64,000 nt of DNA from contig CAWDYC010000004.1 in assembly GCA_963806535.1 (NCBI GenBank), forward strand, positions 256,001 through 320,000, given 5' to 3'. The notes under the pieces are model-generated. The model searched no databases. It worked only from the letters and a program-made list of their open reading frames with translations, and was not told the DNA's origin. Of the stretch, positions 58,777 to 64,000 are shown in pieces. The position numbers and the translations under genes were made by a program. Origin of the DNA: Candidatus Bathyarchaeota archaeon (GTDB lineage Archaea > Thermoproteota > Bathyarchaeia > Bathyarchaeales > Bathycorpusculaceae). Positions within the stretch are counted from its first letter, which is position 1; every line of letters begins with the position of its first letter.

Positions 58777-59190
58777 CTAAAAATTGAAAGTATCACAAGA
58801 AGAACAGCAACCCCAATTTTGAGGATTGTAAACGCTTGAATTGTGGAAACAAGTAAGAATTGCAGCTGGAAAGGGACCGATTAGAATATAGAAGAAGATG
58901 GCTGTAGGTAATTTGTAGTTATATTTGTAGTCTTTGAGGCTGCGTTTCCCAAAGTACAATGCTGCTAATCTGCCTAAGCCAAAGGTGCATTTTTTGCAGT
59001 TGTAGCATGGTCGCAAGCAGCCCAAAAACTTCAGCACACCATAAATGGCAATGAGCGCAACCAAAAGAAACACCACTCCAGCTGCCAGATTGATGAGCAG
59101 GAAAGCTACAGTGTCTAATGCAATCCAAAAGGCAAGAGCAAGGTTGCCGATTATTGTGAATTTTTTTGGAAATTCTATGGTTTCGCTGAT
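58777..59190 (-). CDS. Cys-containing membrane protein (start and end uncertain)
   Basis: TM segments plus CLRPCYNCKKCTFGLGRL; frame is open upstream of the tracked start. Confidence 0.6.
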   Translation of the reverse strand: MSETIEFPKKFTIIGNLALAFWIALDTVAFLLINLAAGVVFLLVALIAIYGVLKFLGCLRPCYNCKKCTFGLGRLAALYFGKRSLKDYKYNYKLPTAIFFYILIGPFPAAILTCFHNSSVYNPQNWGCCSSCDTFNF

Positions 59191-59280
59191 TTTCTCTCTT
59201 CCTGTCAGGTCTTATTGTTTGAAGAAGGATAAGAAGTTTCAAAGTAAATCCACAAGAACAGTACCAAGTCAACAATTCGT

Positions 59281-59425
59281 TAGAAGAACAACACAGTTGG
59301 TGTTAGCACTGGGTGTTGTTCTTCTTTGATAGAAGAAGAAGGACGGCTGGAAATAGCACCGTCCTACTTCTTCTCTGCTTCAGAAAGAAGAAGAAACCTG
59401 ATAGGGGCACACTTCTTCTTCTTTT
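59281..59425 (+). repeat. Three-hairpin dispersed non-coding element, copy 2
   Basis: Stems AGAAGAACAACAC/GTGTTGTTCTTCT, AGAAGAAG-A-AGGACGG/CCGTCCT-A-CTTCTTCT, AAAGAAGAAGAA/TTCTTCTTCTTT. Confidence 0.9.
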
Positions 59426-59622
59426 GGTGGCTTAATCAGAGATGTTACAAATCGACTGCTAAGGAATAGCAATTGTTTCCTAAGAAAATAAGTTCATGAA
59501 CACTTTGAAAACAAACTAAACTGACTTAAATATAGTATCTTAACATGTAAACTTTCGATTTAATTTCTGGCGAAAAAAGAAAAAAAATTCGCGAATTACA
59601 AAAATTAAAGAGAAACAAAAAA

Positions 59623-60193
59623 TTATTCTTTTGGTTTTTCGTTATGATTTTCTGGCACAAAAACGGCTGCGGCAACAGTTGTTGTCCATAAACCATTTTT
59701 GTCGCCTGCTGCTGATTGAGTGATGTTAGCTGTTTTTATGATTAGCCCCGTAGTTTTGAAGAGTTGTTTGCGTTCATCCCAAGCTGTTTCTGGGTCAAAT
59801 TGAATACCCATCGTTGTTGCTAGCATTGTTGCTGCTAAATCTTCTGCGTAGTCACCTGCAATTTCGTCTGTTTGCCCAAATGAGTGATGTTCTGAGAGGT
59901 AGCCGTACTGGTTTTTGCCTGAAGGGATAGCAACGCCTATTGATGATGCAACAAGCCTATGTGGTTCATTAGTGGCGTTTCGTGCGATGACAACAAAGGT
60001 GATTTCGCCAGGCTGCACCATTTTCAAGCCTTTCTCTCGTGGAAGCTGCTCGCATCCGGGAGGAACAATGCTTGAAACGCTAACCAGGTTGCACATTTGT
60101 ATGCCTGCGTCTCTGAGGGCTAATTCAAATGATTGGAGTTGCTCTTTATGTTTGCCAACTCCTTTAGTGAAAAAGAAAGTATTTTGGTATCAT
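59623..60193 (-). CDS. pdaD: Pyruvoyl-dependent arginine decarboxylase (indel near start)
   Basis: [34 protein letters not shown] self-cleavage site, YGYLSEHH. Confidence 0.92.
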
Positions 60194-60295
60194 TTAGGTT
60201 CGGAAACAATGATTACAGAATGCATTTATTAGGCTTTTGTTTTAAGACGTAGTAATACATTGAACAGACAAAATTAATTCACTGAGGAACAAAAT

Positions 60296-61487
60296 TTGCC
60301 ATCACATCAAAGCGTGTTCAAAGACGAAGGCAAGCTTGACATAAACTACATTCCGCAGCAGCTGCCTCACAGAGAAAAAGAACATCGCCTGCTAATGGAG
60401 TTCTTCAGCTTCATTACTCGCTACCCAGAGCGGATGTCTCAACGCGTTATCATAACTGGCGATGTAGGCACAGGAAAAACAGTTCTTGACCCAACATTTC
60501 GGAGCCAACATCACATCAGAAGCTAACAAACGAGCCATAAAATTTCGTTATGTGCATGTTAACTGCCGAGAGTATCGAGGTAGTCTCCAGCCGATTTTGC
60601 ATCATGCTGTAACCGTTTTCCGTCCAAAGTATCCAGCACGTGGCTATTCTGCAGACGAAGTTCTATCAACATTAATGCAGGTTCTAGATGAAGAAAACGC
60701 TTTCATGGTGTTGACCCTTGACGAGTTTGATAGTCTGATAGAAAATGAAGGTTCGGATGCTGTTTACAAACTGACGCGCCTGCAGGAAATGCGCCAAGGC
60801 AAACCTCAAAGGTTGTCATTTATTTTTATTATGCGTGATTTGAAATCGCTTGAAAAGTTGGATGATAGCGCACGAAGCACTCTTCAACGTAGCATTATAC
60901 GTTTAGAGCGTTATGGCAAACCTCAGCTTGTTGACATCTTGAACCAGCGTGTTTCTATGGCTTTTGAATTGGGAGCAGTTGAGGAAGATGTTGTTGATTT
61001 GATTGCTGAGTTGGCTTTCAGTGAGACGGGAAATGCCCGTTTTGGAATTGAGTTGTTGTGGCGCTCTGGGAAATATGCTGATGCCGAACAAGTTGGAATG
61101 GTTGGAGCTGAATGTGTTCGCTTGGCAGTATCCAACATTGTTCCGGGCGTTCGACGTAGTGAGTTAGCGGGGCTTGCTTTGCATGAAAAAATGTTTTTGC
61201 TTGCAGTAGCCCGTTATTTCAAAGAAAATGAAGAAGCATACGCTTTATTGTCTGAAATTGAAAAAACCTACGCAGTCATCTGCGAAGAAATGGATGAGCA
61301 GCCCAACAGCCACACGCAAATATATAATTATGCTCAGTTTCTTTCTTCAATGAAAATTTTGAAGCTAGAGGTTGCAAGTGAAGCTACAAGAGGTAGGTCT
61401 ACAAGGGTTTCTCTGCTTTCGATTCCGGCGAATGAGTTGGAAAAAGAATTAAGCGCTTCGTTGGAACAGGAAAAAAGAATCAGGTGA
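60296..61487 (+). CDS. cdc6: ORC1/Cdc6 replication initiator (frameshift ~60488)
   Basis: YIPQQLPHRE, GDVGTGKT, VNCR, LDEFD, GNAR, RGRS wing. Confidence 0.92.
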
Positions 61488-61759
61488 AGCGGATGGAGTT
61501 AGAAGATGTTTTTTCATCGAAGCTTCGAATAAGAATTTTAGAAGTAATCTATAAATCTGGTCAGCCTAACGTTTCAGATATTGCTCGTCAAACCAAAGCT
61601 AACTTCTCATCCACAGCTAAGCACTTGAAACTTTTAGAGGCTGAAGGGATTTTGCAAGTCCATCTTTATGGCAGAGTTCGCATGTACAGGTTTAAGGAAG
61701 GTTCAGCAAAGGCGAAAGCAGTGCAAAACCTAATAGAAGTGTGGGAACAAAATAAATAA
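61484..61759 (+). CDS. ArsR family wHTH protein
   Basis: FSSKLRIRIL, HLKLLEAEGIL, GRVRMY. Confidence 0.85.
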   Translation: MKRMELEDVFSSKLRIRILEVIYKSGQPNVSDIARQTKANFSSTAKHLKLLEAEGILQVHLYGRVRMYRFKEGSAKAKAVQNLIEVWEQNK

Positions 61760-61760
61760 G

Positions 61761-62207
61761 GTGACAAAAATGGCGATGGTTGATGTATCAGGAAAAGCTG
61801 AGATTTTCCGAGAAGCATCGGCAACAGGAACAATAAAGTTGAAACCTGAAACAATAGATTTAATCAAGAACGCGAAAATCGCTAAAGGCGACCCGCTTTA
61901 CACAGCTAAGATTGCTGGTGTGCTTGGTGCTAAGAGAACAAGCGATTTGATTCCTCTCTGCCACCCATTGCCATTAACCAACGTGGAAGTAGATGTAAAC
62001 GTAGCTGATAAGGGCACGGTTTCGGTTACGGCTACAGTTAAGACGAAAGCGCAAACTGGCGTTGAGATGGAAGCGTTAACAGCAGTTTCTTTGGCGTTGT
62101 TGACTGTTTGGGATATGACTAAGCAATACGAAAAAGACACGGGTGGGCAGTATCCTTCTACGGCTATTGAGAATATTCATGTTATCCGCAAGTTTAAGCA
62201 GGCATAA
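61761..62207 (+). CDS. moaC: Cyclic pyranopterin monophosphate synthase
   Basis: MVDVSGK, LIPLCHP, TGVEMEAL. Confidence 0.95.
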   Translation: MTKMAMVDVSGKAEIFREASATGTIKLKPETIDLIKNAKIAKGDPLYTAKIAGVLGAKRTSDLIPLCHPLPLTNVEVDVNVADKGTVSVTATVKTKAQTGVEMEALTAVSLALLTVWDMTKQYEKDTGGQYPSTAIENIHVIRKFKQA

Positions 62208-62210
62208 GGT

Positions 62211-62744
62211 ATGAGTGAAAGTTCAGAAGCACATAAGGCTAAAGCGCCTAAAATTTTGAATTTCGCTGTTTACATTTGCAGCACATCGCGTTACAAGCTA
62301 ATTGATCAAGGAGAAAAAGTTGTAAGTGATATCGGCGGCGACACAATCGTAGATTTGCTGAAAAAATCTGGTCAAAACGTGCTTTTCAAAAAGATTATTG
62401 CCGACGATAAAGTGTTGATTTCCGAAGCTGTCGAGGAAGTTTTGAACATGCCTGATTTAGATGTTGTCATCTTCTCAGGTGGCACGGGAATCGCACCTAC
62501 AGATATCACCATTGAAACCGTAACACCTTTCTTTGAAAAAACTTTACCCGGTTTCGGAGAATTTTTTAGACGCATAAGCTTTGATCGGGTTGGTTCAGCA
62601 GCGGTTTTGTCTCGTGCGATAGCTGGAGTGGCTAATGGCAAGGCTTTATTTTGCATCCCTGGTTCCCCTGATGCTGTCCATGTTGCTGTAGAAATGCTTA
62701 TTTTGCCCGAGGCTTCTCACATCGTCAAGCACGCACGGGAATAA
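62211..62744 (+). CDS. moaB: Molybdenum cofactor biosynthesis protein B
   Basis: GGTG, DIT.E, PGFGE.FR, LSRA, PGS. Confidence 0.92.
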   Translation: MSESSEAHKAKAPKILNFAVYICSTSRYKLIDQGEKVVSDIGGDTIVDLLKKSGQNVLFKKIIADDKVLISEAVEEVLNMPDLDVVIFSGGTGIAPTDITIETVTPFFEKTLPGFGEFFRRISFDRVGSAAVLSRAIAGVANGKALFCIPGSPDAVHVAVEMLILPEASHIVKHARE

Positions 62745-62746
62745 CG

Positions 62747-63679
62747 ATGAATTTAACAGACAATTGCGGCAGACCTCTTCTTAATCTGCGGATTTCGATA
62801 ACTCAGCGGTGCAACAATCGCTGCTTATTCTGCCACAGGGAAGGCGAAGTAAAACAGGCCAACGCTTCTGCAGAGAAAATGACGGTTGAAGAAATCGTGC
62901 GGATATCAAAAATAGCTATCAGCCTTGGTATTGCGCGAATTAAACTAACAGGGGGAGAACCATTAATGCGCAAAGACCTTCCCGAAATCATTTCAGGCAT
63001 AGCTGCGATTCCTGGTTTGAAGGATTTATCATTAACAACCAATGGTCTGCTGCTTGAGGGCTTGGCTAAAGAATTGTTTAAATGTGGATTGAAGCGGGTC
63101 AACATTAGCTTACCTTCGATAAACCCCGAAACTTATCGAAAGTTAACGAGCGGAAACTTGCAGCAAGCATTGGTGGGAGTCAAAGCTGCTGTTGAAGCCG
63201 GTTTTTGTCCCGTTAAACTTAACATGGTAATTCTGCAAGACGTGAACGAGAAAGATGTTCCCTCAATGATTGATTATGCACGTCAAACGGGCACTGTTCT
63301 GCAGCTAATTGAGCTTGACCCCATTAACGTCACTAGCAACTATTATCACACCCATCATCGAAGCCTTGATGCGCAAGAAGAATTGCTGCGCGAAAAAGCA
63401 GAAACAATTGAGAAAAGACCTTTCATGCACAACCGGCTGATCTATCATCTGCCGAGTGTAACTGTTGAGGTGGTGCATCCGATTGAGAACAGCGACTTCT
63501 GCATGCACTGCACTCGAATGCGTGTCACAAGCGACGGTAAACTCAAACCCTGTCTTATGAGAAACGACAACTTAACTGACATATTGACAGCTGTACGGCA
63601 AGGCGCAAGTGACAGGCAACTAAAACAACTATTCATAACAGCTAATTCGCTGAGAGAGCCATACAACAAAAGTAGTTAA
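62747..63679 (+). CDS. moaA: GTP 3',8-cyclase
   Basis: LRISITQRCNNRCLFC, TGGEPL, FCMHCTRMR, KPCL. Confidence 0.95.
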   Translation: MNLTDNCGRPLLNLRISITQRCNNRCLFCHREGEVKQANASAEKMTVEEIVRISKIAISLGIARIKLTGGEPLMRKDLPEIISGIAAIPGLKDLSLTTNGLLLEGLAKELFKCGLKRVNISLPSINPETYRKLTSGNLQQALVGVKAAVEAGFCPVKLNMVILQDVNEKDVPSMIDYARQTGTVLQLIELDPINVTSNYYHTHHRSLDAQEELLREKAETIEKRPFMHNRLIYHLPSVTVEVVHPIENSDFCMHCTRMRVTSDGKLKPCLMRNDNLTDILTAVRQGASDRQLKQLFITANSLREPYNKSS

Positions 63680-63698
63680 TTTTTAAAAATAAATGGCG

Positions 63699-64000
63699 TC
63701 AGAACTCAATTATTTTTGCTTCATTTTTCACGGTATCTAAGAGGGCTAATGTGGGTTTTCCTGTTAGGTACCCGCAGAGTTCTCCCGGATTGACGGCAAG
63801 GGTTTTTCCTCTCTTTTCGATGCTTTTGTTGTGAGAGTGGCCATGGATTACGGCGTCAAAGTATCCGCTATCTATTATAGCGCTGAGCAATTCCGTTTCT
63901 GTTCCATGAAGCAGGGCGATTCTATATCCATCCAAAGTTGCTGTGGCGAATTGGTCATGGATTGTGCAGTTAGTGGTTTCGCTGAAACGTTTCTTTAGGA
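63699..64000 (-). CDS. Metallophosphoesterase, YfcE/MJ0936 family (partial)
   Basis: LLHG, HGHSH, NPGE motifs. Confidence 0.85.
   Translation of the reverse strand, partial: LKKRFSETTNCTIHDQFATATLDGYRIALLHGTETELLSAIIDSGYFDAVIHGHSHNKSIEKRGKTLAVNPGELCGYLTGKPTLALLDTVKNEAKIIEF

Noticed and set aside
59430-60295. Replication origin next to cdc6
   Set aside because: No convincing repeated ORB motifs with G-strings; only short partial matches such as gttcggaaac

Overview
Archaeal chromosomal segment, most consistent with Bathyarchaeia/TACK (inference from an unsplit RpoB, an apparently fused RpoA'/A'', a CdvA-like coiled-coil protein, a two-intron tRNA and typical wHTH/AbrB hypotheticals). Many genes, including essential ones (rpoB, rpoA, valS, cdc6), are broken by single-base indels, which points to uncorrected long-read errors rather than real pseudogenes. 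Core content: Znu-type ABC transporter with divergent NikR-like regulator, nadX, valS, TetR-regulated ABC exporter, P1B ATPase, AOR cluster, uppP, catalase, pepF, the RNA polymerase operon, nucS, pdaD, cdc6 and moaCBA. Accessory content: a provirus-like gene string after tRNA-Lys, nested att relics of tRNA-Leu(CAA) around toxin-antitoxin genes, and a small defence-like island (TIR-like protein, m4C methyltransferase, small nuclease). Most interesting: (1) a ~145-nt non-coding three-hairpin element present twice in inverted orientation (31191-31338 and 59281-59425), with GAA/TTC stems and a shared GCAC motif; (2) an archaeal TPP riboswitch heading an operon of ECF S-component, methyltransferase, PurM-like protein and a non-canonical ThiE; (3) an SMC5/6-like ATPase, kleisin and kite operon; (4) two 10-bp-phased repeat arrays and clear TetR and NikR operator candidates.
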